This document shows, piece after piece, positions 1 to 8,948 of a stretch of DNA of 64,000 bases. Positions within the stretch are counted from its first letter, which is position 1. Every line of letters begins with the position of its first letter. The position numbers and the translations under genes are program-made. The notes below the pieces were generated by a model that saw only the letters and a list, made by a program, of their open reading frames with translations, did no database searches and was not told the origin of the DNA. The stretch lies in NCBI GenBank assembly GCA_017436575.1, contig JAFSCU010000008.1, positions 8,116-72,115 on the forward strand, in the 5' to 3' direction. This DNA comes from Oscillospiraceae bacterium (GTDB lineage: Bacteria > Bacillota > Clostridia > Oscillospirales > Ruminococcaceae).

Positions 1-805
1 TGTCATTTCGGATTTTTGAAAAATGTTTTCGGCTGATATTGGCTTTTTTATAACACTGTGCATCAGTCATACCTTTCTGGTCAATCAGTTTCAGCAAGGT
101 CTGCGAAAAGCCTTCATCCAGTCTGTCAATATAGTCTTCCAGCGACAGCATTTTGTCTGTTGTCACAGATGGAGCCATAAAAGTGTCTTCATAACAGTCT
201 GTATCCGACTTCATAGAGGCAGTTGCCATTAGCTTTCTGCGACGGAATATTTCCCTGCTGTCACTGTGTTTTGAGACATAATTGTCATCTATATAGCTTT
301 CAATGTCGTTGTACAAATTACGGCTGATAGTATATGCCGCCCTGTCAAACAGCACCATATACACATCCATGTCATTTTCGCTTTTTTCCAGCCATGCGGT
401 AATGGTTCTGATTGCCACATCAAAAGCGTTATCTTTCGGATAGCCATAAACACCTGAAGAAATCAGCGGGAAAGAAACACTTTCACAATGGTTTTCCTTT
501 GCCAGTTCCAGGCTGGATATGTAACAGCTTTCCAGCCGCTGTTTTTCGCCACAGCTGCCGCCAAGCCATCTGGGGCCTACTGTATGTATAATATATCTGG
601 CTTTCAGGTTATAACCCTTTGTTATTTTTGCACTGCCGGTGGCACAGCCGCCCAAAGTTTTGCATTCTTCCAGCAGGGCAGGACCTGCGGCTTTGTGTAT
701 CCGCCCATCCACACCGCTTCCGCCCAACAGAGAGTTTTTGGCAGCGTTTACAATGGCATCGGTTTCCATTAAGGTAATATCATTTCTTACTATGTATAAA
801 GGCAT
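1..805 (-). CDS. MacroD-type macro domain protein with C-terminal HTH-like extension (3' end lies beyond the window edge)
   Basis: Absent from the ORF track because there is no stop inside the window. Reverse-strand ATG at 805-803 is preceded by AAAGGAG. The translation MPLYIVRNDITLMETDAIVNAAKNSLLGGSGVDGRIHKAAGPALLEEC... is a MacroD/YmdB-type signature. The distal part ...GMTDAQCYKKANISRKHFSKIRND looks like an XRE-type HTH. Confidence 0.75.
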   Translation of the reverse strand, partial: MPLYIVRNDITLMETDAIVNAAKNSLLGGSGVDGRIHKAAGPALLEECKTLGGCATGSAKITKGYNLKARYIIHTVGPRWLGGSCGEKQRLESCYISSLELAKENHCESVSFPLISSGVYGYPKDNAFDVAIRTITAWLEKSENDMDVYMVLFDRAAYTISRNLYNDIESYIDDNYVSKHSDSREIFRRRKLMATASMKSDTDCYEDTFMAPSVTTDKMLSLEDYIDRLDEGFSQTLLKLIDQKGMTDAQCYKKANISRKHFSKIRND

Positions 806-915
806 ATACATCACTCCTTTTTACCATTATACTATATTATTTCGGATAAATCCAATTTACATACAGCCGATGTTTATTGTATAATTAATATATTAAACAA
901 AAACGGAGAATAAAT

Positions 916-1896
916 ATGAAAATACTTAATAAAATCGACCTGCACCTGCATATTGATGGTTCAGCAAAGCCTGAAACAGTTTATGAAATTACCCATAAAT
1001 ATGGTATTGAGCCTGAATGTAATATGACACTGGAAGAAATAACCAGATCAATGGTAGTGGCTGACGGTGAATACGACCCTGATTTTCTTACATTCCAGCC
1101 ACCGCTGCGAGCAATGCAGACGGCAGAAGGATTGTCACGTATTACAGAAGAACTGGTAGACCAGCTGGAAAAAGACGGGCTGATTTATGCAGAACTGCGT
1201 TTTGCACCACAGTATCATCTGGAAAAAGGAATGAGCCAGGAAGACGCTGTACTGGCAGCTATTGATGGGCTGGAAAAAGGTCTGGCAAAATGTAAAACAC
1301 TGAAAGCAGGGCTGATTCTCTGTGCGATGAATCACTGTGACCCGATGGATAACCATGATGCCAATATTGAAACAGTGCATCTTGCAAAAAAATATCTGGG
1401 CAAAGGGGTAGTAGGTGTTGACCTGGCAGGCTATGAAGAAAGAATGTCGGAGTATGCTGATATTTTTGAATTGGCAAAAACACTGGGTGTGCCTGCCACA
1501 ACCCACAGCGAATTTACAGTTGCCGATGCCCTGAAATATGGCACCACAAGAATAGGCCATGGCTATCAGGCGGCACTGGTGCCTGAACTGACAGAAGAAG
1601 TGATTTCCAAAGGAGTAACACTGGAAATGTGCCCTGACAGCTCTCTTTCCAGCGATTATGGTCTTTATGGCGATGAAAGACACCCACTGTTTGTGCTGTT
1701 CCACAAAGGCGGCAGGGTAACAGTGAACACAGACAATATGACTGTGCTGAAAACAAATCTGGAATTTGAATACGACCTGTGCAGAAAAATGGGCTTTACC
1801 GATGAAGATATAGTAAAAATGAACAACTATGCTATCCGGGCCTGTTTTGCAGACGAAGAAACAAAGAAAGCACTGCTGGCAGTACAGCCACTGTAA
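916..1896 (+). CDS. add: adenosine deaminase
   Basis: 326 aa. N-terminal DLHLHIDGS metal site, internal HGY and C-terminal VTVNTDN motifs typical of the adenosine deaminase family. ACGGAG RBS upstream. Confidence 0.9.
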   Translation: MKILNKIDLHLHIDGSAKPETVYEITHKYGIEPECNMTLEEITRSMVVADGEYDPDFLTFQPPLRAMQTAEGLSRITEELVDQLEKDGLIYAELRFAPQYHLEKGMSQEDAVLAAIDGLEKGLAKCKTLKAGLILCAMNHCDPMDNHDANIETVHLAKKYLGKGVVGVDLAGYEERMSEYADIFELAKTLGVPATTHSEFTVADALKYGTTRIGHGYQAALVPELTEEVISKGVTLEMCPDSSLSSDYGLYGDERHPLFVLFHKGGRVTVNTDNMTVLKTNLEFEYDLCRKMGFTDEDIVKMNNYAIRACFADEETKKALLAVQPL

Positions 1897-2095
1897 ACAA
1901 GTATAAAAACCGTGTGGCTTATACACACGGTTTTGCTTTTTGTATATCAATACATAAATAAGGTTTAATTGTTTACTGTTAATGCAAAATAACTGCATAA
2001 ACTTTGATAAATGCTTGACAAACTGCTTTTGCGGTAGTAGTATATTAATGTATTATATGAATATCTTTAGATGTTTTATTGAAAGGAAGTTGAAT

Positions 2096-3049
2096 ATGAG
2101 AAAAGTTATGGACTTGTGTCTGGATATGCCTGATTTTGAAGAAGACCTTATCCGCACTGCCTGTCATTTTGTTTTACCTGAATTCAGGGAAGCATGGGGC
2201 GGTTACCGTGAAAACTTCAATGGTGGCATAGAACAGAAATTAGGACTTACACTGGCTGAAATGGACACTATTTTTGAAAACGAAGGCAGAGAAGCCTTTA
2301 TGGAAAAAATTACAGCCGCAGCTCATGCCAACGCACCTACATTAGACAGCTTTATGGACCAAATGGACAAGCTGGGTGTGCGCTGGGGTATGACCTGCCA
2401 CAACAGCCACGACAATGACAAAACAGCAGCTATCTGCAATCAGTACCCTGACAGACTGGGTGGTTTCTGCTTTGTAAACCCACTGGATGGCATGAAAGCA
2501 GTGCGTGAAGTGGAAAGAGGTATCAAGGAACTGGGTCTTAAAGCTGTATATATCACAGCATTCAGAACACATCTGCCTGCAAACGATAAACACTGCTATC
2601 CTATTTATGCCAAATGTGTTGAACTGGGCGTGCCTGTATTTATTTACTGCAGTATGAACCTTTCAGGTGCAGTGCCTTATGATATCGGCCACCCACGTTA
2701 TATTGACGAAGTGGCACGTGATTTCCCAGAACTGCAGATTATGGCATCTGTATCAGGCTGGCCATGGACAATGGAATTTATCGGTCTGGCACTGCGTCAT
2801 AAAAATGTTTATCTGAATATGGAAACACATAACCCAGCCCTTATCACTGTACAGGGTTCAGGCTATGAACCTTATGCTTATTGGCTGCCAAGAGTGCAGG
2901 ATAAATTCTTCTTCTCATCAGACTGGAACAGCCAGGGCAAAACACTTGAATCTCTTATCGAAGGCGTTGAAAACTGGCCATTCAGTGATGAAATCAAAGA
3001 AAAAGTTCTGTGGAAAAATGCCGCAAGAATTTTTGGTGTTGAAATATAA
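2096..3049 (+). CDS. amidohydrolase-2 family (TIM-barrel metal-dependent hydrolase) protein
   Basis: The ORF 1982-3049 is trimmed to the ATG at 2096, which lies behind GAAAGGAAG. TTGACA-17-TAGTAT at 2015-2043 falls inside the longer ORF. The sequence resembles Amidohydro_2 proteins (..FCFVNPLDGMKAVREVERGIKELGLKAVYI..). Confidence 0.7.
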   Translation: MRKVMDLCLDMPDFEEDLIRTACHFVLPEFREAWGGYRENFNGGIEQKLGLTLAEMDTIFENEGREAFMEKITAAAHANAPTLDSFMDQMDKLGVRWGMTCHNSHDNDKTAAICNQYPDRLGGFCFVNPLDGMKAVREVERGIKELGLKAVYITAFRTHLPANDKHCYPIYAKCVELGVPVFIYCSMNLSGAVPYDIGHPRYIDEVARDFPELQIMASVSGWPWTMEFIGLALRHKNVYLNMETHNPALITVQGSGYEPYAYWLPRVQDKFFFSSDWNSQGKTLESLIEGVENWPFSDEIKEKVLWKNAARIFGVEI

Positions 3050-3060
3050 TTACTCGATGA

Positions 3061-3088
3061 GGCCTGCAATCGCAGGCCTTGTTTGTTT
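3061..3088 (+). terminator. intrinsic terminator between the two amidohydrolase genes
   Basis: GGCCTGC-AATC-GCAGGCC stem-loop followed by TTGTTTGTTT. Confidence 0.6.
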
Positions 3089-3099
3089 ATGGAGGAAAT

Positions 3100-4104
3100 A
3101 TGCAAGAAAAATTTTCTGTCAACTGCGCTGTTTTTGACGGCGAAAAAATATACGAAAATGCAACAGTCACAGTGGAAAACGGTGTGATTGTTTCATTGCA
3201 GGAAGCCAGCGGCACACCTGAAAGTGATTTGTTCCTTATGCCGGGAATGATTGACGGCCATGTGCATATCAGCCATGATTCCCAGCTGGAAATGTTTGTT
3301 GAATGTGGAGAAACAACGGTGTGTGATGTTTCTGTATCACGCGAAATCAGGGAAAAGTCTGACAAGCTTAAAATACACACCTCTCATATTATGGCAAAAG
3401 GAGATGTGGAGGATGGCGCTGACCATGTGGAAAAAACCATTGCCGCCGGCGGTGATTTTGTAAAACTGTTTATAGAAATTCCACCTGCAATGGCACCGCG
3501 TACCATCCCGGCAGATATATTGGCTGATATTGTGAATACCGCCCACGCAAAAGGGCTGAAAGTTATTTCCCACGCCGCGTCAGTGCCGGCACAGCAGATG
3601 GCAATAGATGCAGGTGTGGATATACTGTTGCACACAGCTATGCGCACTGCCACACCACAGCGGCTGGTACAGCAGGCTAAAGATAAAAATCTGGCTTTTA
3701 TGCCCACAATACTGATGATGAAAAAATTCACTATCGAACCTTTCAGGGATTATGAAGATATAGGGTTTGAATATGCCAGCAAGGCAGTGAAGCTTTTTTA
3801 TGATATGGGTGTGCCTGTACTGGTGGGTACAGATGCCAATAATTCTACCTTTGTTCCGGCGGTAGAACACGGCAGTTCAATGTTTGTGGAAATGGAAATG
3901 CTGGCAGACTGTGGTATTCCTGCTATTGACGTGCTGAAAGGTGCCACATCCCTTAATGCAGATGTGTTTGGTCTTGAAGACCGAGGCAGAATTGCACCGG
4001 GTAAGGCAGCCGACTTTATTCTGGTCAAAGGTCGCCCGGATAAAAATATTTCAGATATACGAAAAATAGAAAAAGTTTACATCGATGGGAAGATTGTAAG
4101 ATAA
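3100..4104 (+). CDS. amidohydrolase family protein (Amidohydro_1/3 type)
   Basis: ATG at 3100 behind GGAGG (3091-3095). PGMIDGHVHI metal motif, GTDANN, and APGKAADFILV near the C-terminus. Confidence 0.75.
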   Translation: MQEKFSVNCAVFDGEKIYENATVTVENGVIVSLQEASGTPESDLFLMPGMIDGHVHISHDSQLEMFVECGETTVCDVSVSREIREKSDKLKIHTSHIMAKGDVEDGADHVEKTIAAGGDFVKLFIEIPPAMAPRTIPADILADIVNTAHAKGLKVISHAASVPAQQMAIDAGVDILLHTAMRTATPQRLVQQAKDKNLAFMPTILMMKKFTIEPFRDYEDIGFEYASKAVKLFYDMGVPVLVGTDANNSTFVPAVEHGSSMFVEMEMLADCGIPAIDVLKGATSLNADVFGLEDRGRIAPGKAADFILVKGRPDKNISDIRKIEKVYIDGKIVR

Positions 4105-4116
4105 TATTTAAAATTA

Positions 4117-4144
4117 ATACCCCCTGCCGCATGGCAGGGGGTAT
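4117..4144. terminator. bidirectional terminator between convergent genes
   Basis: ATACCCCCTGCC-GCAT-GGCAGGGGGTAT, a perfect 12-bp stem with A/T-rich flanks on both sides. Confidence 0.7.
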
Positions 4145-4148
4145 TGGT

Positions 4149-5309
4149 TTAAAACCTTGTTTTATACGCTTTTTTCAGGTTGGCAAGAGCTGTCTCCATT
4201 TTTTCTCTGGTGGTGGCAATATTGATTCTTACAAAACCATTGCCGCCCGGGCCGTATTCTTCGCCCCAGTCTGCCCACAGCAGGGCATCATCCATAAAGA
4301 AGTGTTCTAATTCTTTGTCACTGAGTTTCAGTTTACGGCAATCCAGCCAGGCAACAAAAGTGCCTTCCAGCGGGCTTACGGTTATCAGTGGCATTTCTTT
4401 CAGTGTTTCTGTCAGCAGACAGTACATTTCTTTTGTGTGGGCGTTCATCTGCATCACCCAGTCCCAGCCTTCTTCTGTGTAGGCCGCTTTCAGCAGATTG
4501 TAGAAAAATGGGTCTATACTGCCAAAATGGTCGATGTCTTTCTGTGTGGAATACTTTTGGCGAAGATTATCATTGGGAATAACCATATTTGCCTGATTAA
4601 CACCTGTCAGGTTGAAGGTTTTACCCAAAGAGGTACAGCTTATACCCATTACAGGGTCAATTTCAGCATAAGGTATTACTCTTTTGCCCTGTGTGGTCTC
4701 TGCAAATATTTCATCGCTGAACACCACCACATTGTATTTGTTGGCCAGCCGGGCGATTTTTTCCAGGTCATCTTTGTCAAATATCCTGCCTGTTGGATTA
4801 TGTGGATTTACCAGCACCAGCATTTTGTTTTCCGGCTGGCTCATTTTGTTTTCCAGGTCTTCAAAATCCAGACTGTAAATACCGTTCTCTTCTTTCAGCG
4901 GATTGGATACTACTTTTCTGCCGTTTCTTACCATTGCCCTGTCAAAACGGCCGTAGGACGGGTGCTGTATAATCACACCGTCATCTTTTTCTGTAAAGGC
5001 TCTTATGGCGGTGGATAGTCCAAAGGTTGTGCCCAGTGTTGCCACAATATGGTCAGGGTTTACATCCCAGCCTCGTGTCAGCTTCATCCAATTACAGATT
5101 GCGCCTTTGTAATCACTGTCAGGCAGGGTAAAACCAAACAGACCGTTTGCTGCAAAATCAGCCACTGCCGCTGTTATAAAATCCGGCAGTGGATAATCCA
5201 TTTCTGCACCGGACAGCATAACGCCTCCTGCCGGCATATCCTGTGCCCAGCTGCCTTTCATATTGCCATTGTTTTCGTGACTTGCCCATTTGTCAAAATT
5301 GTATTTCAT
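4149..5309 (-). CDS. PLP-dependent class I/II aminotransferase of the PatB/MalY C-S lyase type
   Basis: 386 aa from the ATG at 5309 (AAGGTGG RBS). The track start at 5321 is a GTG inside the RBS. MKYNFDKW.. N-terminus and ..LVNPHNPTGR.. motif are typical of MalY/PatB cystathionine beta-lyases. Confidence 0.8.
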   Translation of the reverse strand: MKYNFDKWASHENNGNMKGSWAQDMPAGGVMLSGAEMDYPLPDFITAAVADFAANGLFGFTLPDSDYKGAICNWMKLTRGWDVNPDHIVATLGTTFGLSTAIRAFTEKDDGVIIQHPSYGRFDRAMVRNGRKVVSNPLKEENGIYSLDFEDLENKMSQPENKMLVLVNPHNPTGRIFDKDDLEKIARLANKYNVVVFSDEIFAETTQGKRVIPYAEIDPVMGISCTSLGKTFNLTGVNQANMVIPNDNLRQKYSTQKDIDHFGSIDPFFYNLLKAAYTEEGWDWVMQMNAHTKEMYCLLTETLKEMPLITVSPLEGTFVAWLDCRKLKLSDKELEHFFMDDALLWADWGEEYGPGGNGFVRINIATTREKMETALANLKKAYKTRF

Positions 5310-5438
5310 AGTTATAACCACCTTGTTTTATTGATTAAAGTATACCTGTTTTTGTGTATGTTATCAATAATAAACTTGTTACAGAGATTTTTTATTGGTA
5401 TAATTAATATTAAAGTTAATTTTACAGGGGATGCTTTT

Positions 5439-5996
5439 ATGAAAAATCCTATTGCTAAGATGTATACAACAAAAGGTGTTATCACTATTGAACTTTATCC
5501 ACAGTCTGCCCCAAATACTGTAAACAGTTTTATCTGGGCTGCCGGTGAAAAAATGTATAAAGACCGCCTTATCAAACGTGTGGTTCCCGGTTTTGTACTG
5601 CAGCCTTCTTACTGCTATTTTGATGATAAACGCTGTGACTATATGCTGGATGGTGAATTTGACTCAAACGGCATCCACAATGATATCAAAATGGAAAAAT
5701 GGACTGTTGCTATGGCAGGCGATGGAGAAAAAGAAGCTCATGGCTGTGAATTTTTCATTACGCTGTCTGATGAAGCAGGTGAAAAATTACAGGATAAATT
5801 TGCTGCTTTCGGCAAAGTCATTGATGGATTTGAAGAAGTGCAGCGCCTGGAAAATGTGCCGCTGGTACAGGTTTATCCGGAAGGTGTAGGCGCTACCATC
5901 AAACAGCCGGTAGAAGACGAATTTATGCTGGATATTCAGGTGGAAACATTTGGAGTGGAATACCCACAGCCACAGATTAAATACTGGGTAAAATAA
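5439..5996 (+). CDS. cyclophilin-type peptidyl-prolyl cis-trans isomerase
   Basis: The long ORF 5049-5996 is trimmed to the ATG at 5439. The upstream part overlaps the opposite-strand gene and its promoter region. TKGVITIELYPQSAPNTVNSF... and ..GCEFFITL.. are cyclophilin motifs. Confidence 0.85.
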   Translation: MKNPIAKMYTTKGVITIELYPQSAPNTVNSFIWAAGEKMYKDRLIKRVVPGFVLQPSYCYFDDKRCDYMLDGEFDSNGIHNDIKMEKWTVAMAGDGEKEAHGCEFFITLSDEAGEKLQDKFAAFGKVIDGFEEVQRLENVPLVQVYPEGVGATIKQPVEDEFMLDIQVETFGVEYPQPQIKYWVK

Positions 5997-6175
5997 ATAA
6001 TATAAATACGGATTGCACACAAAGGGGACTAACACAAAAATAACACCTCTGATTTATTTTTAACGTACATCTAACATTATTAATGTTATACTGTATAAGT
6101 AAAAATATATCAAAATAATGGCAGTCCGGTGAATATATATCATAATTTGTTATTATTATTGCAAAGGAGATAAAA

Positions 6176-7696
6176 ATGTTCGCAAAAGCCAATGAAGATG
6201 TTGGTCAAAACATTTCCCATCAGAACCTATATATAGGGCCAGTTTTTATTGTTTTGGCCACTGTTGTAGGCAAATTGTTTGAATCTATTAATTTGCCTGA
6301 AACCAATATAGCTATTGTATATCTTCTGGCAGTTGTTGCTATTTCTATTTTTACACAAAGCTATATTATCAGTATTCTCTATTCTTTCGGGGCAACATTA
6401 TCTTTTAACTTCTTTTTTACTGAACCATATAATGCTTTCGCCATAGGTAATGTCAGCTATGTAATAACTTTTACAATTATGGTTACAGTTTCACTGATTA
6501 TCACAATGATGACCCAAAGAATCAAAACCAGCGTTTCGGTAGCCAATCGGCGTGCAGAGGAAAACCGCAAACTGTATATAATGACCAACCGGGTTGCCGG
6601 TGCAGCGTCTATAGAAGAAATTATTGATATATCTATACAGAGTATAGGAGAACTGACAGAAACAAATATTCTGTGTGCATACACATCAGATATGTTGCAT
6701 GAAAAATGTCGGATTGCACAGTATACCTTTGATGATAAACTCCGCGTGATTTCTTTGCCGGATTCCGAAAAAGTATCATTGAAACAGATTGATGATTATA
6801 TGTTGGAACTGACCAACATAAGAAGTTGGAAAATATTTGCTGATGGTATTGTTTCGGCTGTGATTTATATGCCCCATGAACAGGCGCTTATGCTGGAAGA
6901 AAGCAAGCGCAGGGCACTTATGGTGGCTATTGAGAATCTTTCTCTGGCCATGGGTCGTGTTTATTCTGCTTTTAAGCAGGGGAGACTGCAGCAGGAAAAT
7001 GAAAGAGAACGCTATCGCAGCAGTCTTTTGCGTGCTATTTCCCACGACTTGCGCACACCGTTGACAGGTATTATGGGTACCAGCGAAATGATTATGGGTA
7101 TGACTCAGCCGGATGATATGCGATACGAACTGGCGGCAGAAATAATAGAAGACGCCGAATGGCTGCACTCGCTTATGGAAAACATACTTAACCTTACCCG
7201 TCTGGAGGACAGCCATCATTATCTGAAAAAACAACCGGAAGCAATAGAAGAAATCATAGCTGTGGTTGTAGAGCGCTTTGAAAAACGTGCCAAAGGCAGG
7301 GAGCTGGTTGTAAACATTCCAAACGAGCTTGTAATTGTGCCTGTAGATGCAAAACTTATTGTACAGGTGCTTATAAATCTGCTGGACAATGCATTGAAAC
7401 ATACAACATTGAATCAGGAAATATCACTGACGGTTGATAAACTGGACAACGCTGTGCGTTTTATTGTGGCAGACAGAGGCACAGGTATAAATGAAGAGGA
7501 TATGCCATACATATTCCAGATGTATTACACATCCGGAAAGCAGTCATCAGATGCAAAAAAAGGCATGGGTCTGGGCCTGGCTATATGTAAATCGGTTGTA
7601 GAGGCCCATGGTGGCAAAATTTCAGCAGCCAACAGAGATGGCGGTGGGGCAGAGTTTTCCTTTACACTGCCAATGGAGGATACTAATAATGACTAA
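6176..7696 (+). CDS. sensor histidine kinase, KdpD C-terminal type (DUF4118-like membrane module + HisKA + HATPase; no N-terminal KdpD/Usp domain)
   Basis: 506 aa, AAAGGAG RBS. Four predicted TM helices at the N-terminus, H-box ISHDLRTPLT, and G-boxes DRGTGI / GMGLGLAI. Confidence 0.75.
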   Translation: MFAKANEDVGQNISHQNLYIGPVFIVLATVVGKLFESINLPETNIAIVYLLAVVAISIFTQSYIISILYSFGATLSFNFFFTEPYNAFAIGNVSYVITFTIMVTVSLIITMMTQRIKTSVSVANRRAEENRKLYIMTNRVAGAASIEEIIDISIQSIGELTETNILCAYTSDMLHEKCRIAQYTFDDKLRVISLPDSEKVSLKQIDDYMLELTNIRSWKIFADGIVSAVIYMPHEQALMLEESKRRALMVAIENLSLAMGRVYSAFKQGRLQQENERERYRSSLLRAISHDLRTPLTGIMGTSEMIMGMTQPDDMRYELAAEIIEDAEWLHSLMENILNLTRLEDSHHYLKKQPEAIEEIIAVVVERFEKRAKGRELVVNIPNELVIVPVDAKLIVQVLINLLDNALKHTTLNQEISLTVDKLDNAVRFIVADRGTGINEEDMPYIFQMYYTSGKQSSDAKKGMGLGLAICKSVVEAHGGKISAANRDGGGAEFSFTLPMEDTNND

Positions 7697-8387
7697 CTAT
7701 AAAGAAACAATCCTGATTGTCGAAGATGACTTTCAGATAAGAAACTTTATTTCTTATTCTTTAAGGAATGAAGGTTATATCTGCAAAATCGTTTCTACAG
7801 GCAGTCGGGCTATAAATACAATAGCAAATGAAACTGTGGACCTGGTTATTCTTGACCTGGGTCTGCCGGATATTGATGGCATTGATGTTATCAGAATGTT
7901 GCGTGAATGGTCAGAAATTCCTGTTATTGTGGTTTCTGCCCGTGACCAGGACAGGGAAAAAGCCTATGCCCTTGACCTGGGTGCAGACGATTATCTGACA
8001 AAGCCGTTTTCTTCCACTGAACTTCTGGCCAGAATCAGAGTGGCTGTGCGCCATATGAAACGCCGGGAGTCAGTGAAAAAACAGTCTGTTATACAGGTTG
8101 GCGGCCTGTCGGTTGATTTTGAAAAACGCATTGTCACTCTTGACGGAAATGAAATTCATCTCACACCTATGGAGTATTCATTGATGTCTCTGCTTATCAA
8201 AAACAGAGGCAAAGTGGTTACCACTGCCAGTGTGATCAAAGAACTGTGGGGTCCGGGTTATGGTCAGGATACTCAGGCTTTGCGTACACTTATGGCAGGT
8301 CTGCGCAGAAAGATCGAAGCAAATCCTGCAAAACCACGCTATATTATGACCGAAATCGGTGTGGGCTATCGTATGGTGGAAGAATAG
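7689..8387 (+). CDS. OmpR-family response regulator, KdpE-like
   Basis: ATG at 7689 overlaps the kinase stop by 8 nt. ILIVEDD..DLGLPDIDG receiver motifs plus a winged-helix C-terminus (..IMTEIGVGYRM). Confidence 0.8.
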   Translation: MTNYKETILIVEDDFQIRNFISYSLRNEGYICKIVSTGSRAINTIANETVDLVILDLGLPDIDGIDVIRMLREWSEIPVIVVSARDQDREKAYALDLGADDYLTKPFSSTELLARIRVAVRHMKRRESVKKQSVIQVGGLSVDFEKRIVTLDGNEIHLTPMEYSLMSLLIKNRGKVVTTASVIKELWGPGYGQDTQALRTLMAGLRRKIEANPAKPRYIMTEIGVGYRMVEE

Positions 8388-8440
8388 TTCTGTTTTAATG
8401 CTGTTGTTTTTATAGAGTAAAGTGAAAAGAGGAAAAGGAA

Positions 8441-8881
8441 ATGGATGCAGCTTACACTCACTCTATGATTGACATCAATATGTCTGTCAACCAGATAAAA
8501 GGCAGTCTTGTACAGATGGCAAAAAAATATGATGTAAATTATCACGAAATGGTTCTGATGTATCACCTGTATCGCAACGGTGACTGCACACAGAAACAGC
8601 TTTGTGATTATTACCTGTTACCAAAACAGACCGTAAACAATATTGTTATGGCTATGAAAGGGGCAGGTAATATTGACTGGTATTTTACTGCCACAAATAA
8701 AAAAGAAAAAGTATTGACCATAACAGAAAAAGGTATGGATTATATTTCCAGCCTGGTTTTGTCTATGAACAGCACGGAAGAAACCATTGAAAATATCATG
8801 GGTGCTGAAAAAATGTCAACTCTTGTGGAATTACTTGGTGAATACAACAGCATAATAAAGGCATCTATTGCCAGTTTATAA
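8441..8881 (+). CDS. MarR-family transcriptional regulator
   Basis: 146 aa. The winged-helix segment ..CTQKQLCDYYLLPKQTVNNIVMAMKGAG.. is typical of MarR. Confidence 0.7.
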   Translation: MDAAYTHSMIDINMSVNQIKGSLVQMAKKYDVNYHEMVLMYHLYRNGDCTQKQLCDYYLLPKQTVNNIVMAMKGAGNIDWYFTATNKKEKVLTITEKGMDYISSLVLSMNSTEETIENIMGAEKMSTLVELLGEYNSIIKASIASL

Positions 8882-8900
8882 ATCACTCACTTCTGAAAAA

Positions 8901-8929
8901 CAGACAGTCTGTATAGACGGTCTGTTTTT
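8901..8929. terminator. bidirectional terminator (marR / spoIIR convergent pair)
   Basis: AAAAA-CAGACAGTC..GACGGTCTG-TTTTT, a 9-bp stem with one mismatch. Confidence 0.6.
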
Positions 8930-8948
8930 GTTTGTTTATGAATAGTGA

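Noticed and set aside
1-805. Possibility that the macro-domain gene is a DarG-type antitoxin of a DarTG toxin-antitoxin/defence pair.
   Set aside because: The signature (NAAKN..GGSGVDGRIHKAAG) is MacroD/YmdB-type rather than TARG1/DarG-type. The downstream neighbour within the window (add, divergent) is not DarT-like. The upstream neighbour is outside the window, so this is not fully excluded.
23-884. Plus-strand ORFs 23-232, 488-772 and 639-884 at the window start.
   Set aside because: They lie antisense to the macro-domain gene, which was missed by the ORF track because it has no stop inside the window. They have no motifs or RBS.
1135-1998. A 287-aa minus-strand ORF antisense to adenosine deaminase. 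The same type occurs at 26780-27742, 40585-41298, 34339-35022, 38004-38513, 25735-26427, 8955-9752, 60139-60693 and 6776-7402.
   Set aside because: All are embedded antisense to genes with strong family signatures. All have Cys/Phe/His-rich compositions typical of reverse-complement reading and lack Shine-Dalgarno sequences. They are codon-bias artefacts.
1982-2095. Upstream extensions of several track ORFs: 1982->2096, 3079->3100, 7608->7689, 11148->11289, 12038->12053, 15249->15306, 17061->17079, 26753->26801, 33656->33611, 36841->36853, 41858->41876, 57675->57723, 59569->59596.
   Set aside because: In each case an internal ATG with a proper Shine-Dalgarno at 6-10 nt coincides with the start of family homology or of a signal peptide. 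The extension either overlaps the upstream gene or contains promoter or terminator sequence.
5049-5438. N-terminal 130-codon extension of the cyclophilin ORF.
   Set aside because: It overlaps the opposite-strand C-S lyase gene and its promoter region. The cyclophilin homology begins at the ATG at 5439, and the composition upstream is non-protein-like.
6072-6088. Perfect 8+1+8 palindrome TAACATTA-T-TAATGTTA upstream of the KdpD-like kinase, considered as an operator.
   Set aside because: Short AT-only palindromes are frequent by chance in AT-rich spacers. There is no second copy and no convincing -35/-10 context, so the evidence is insufficient to call it.
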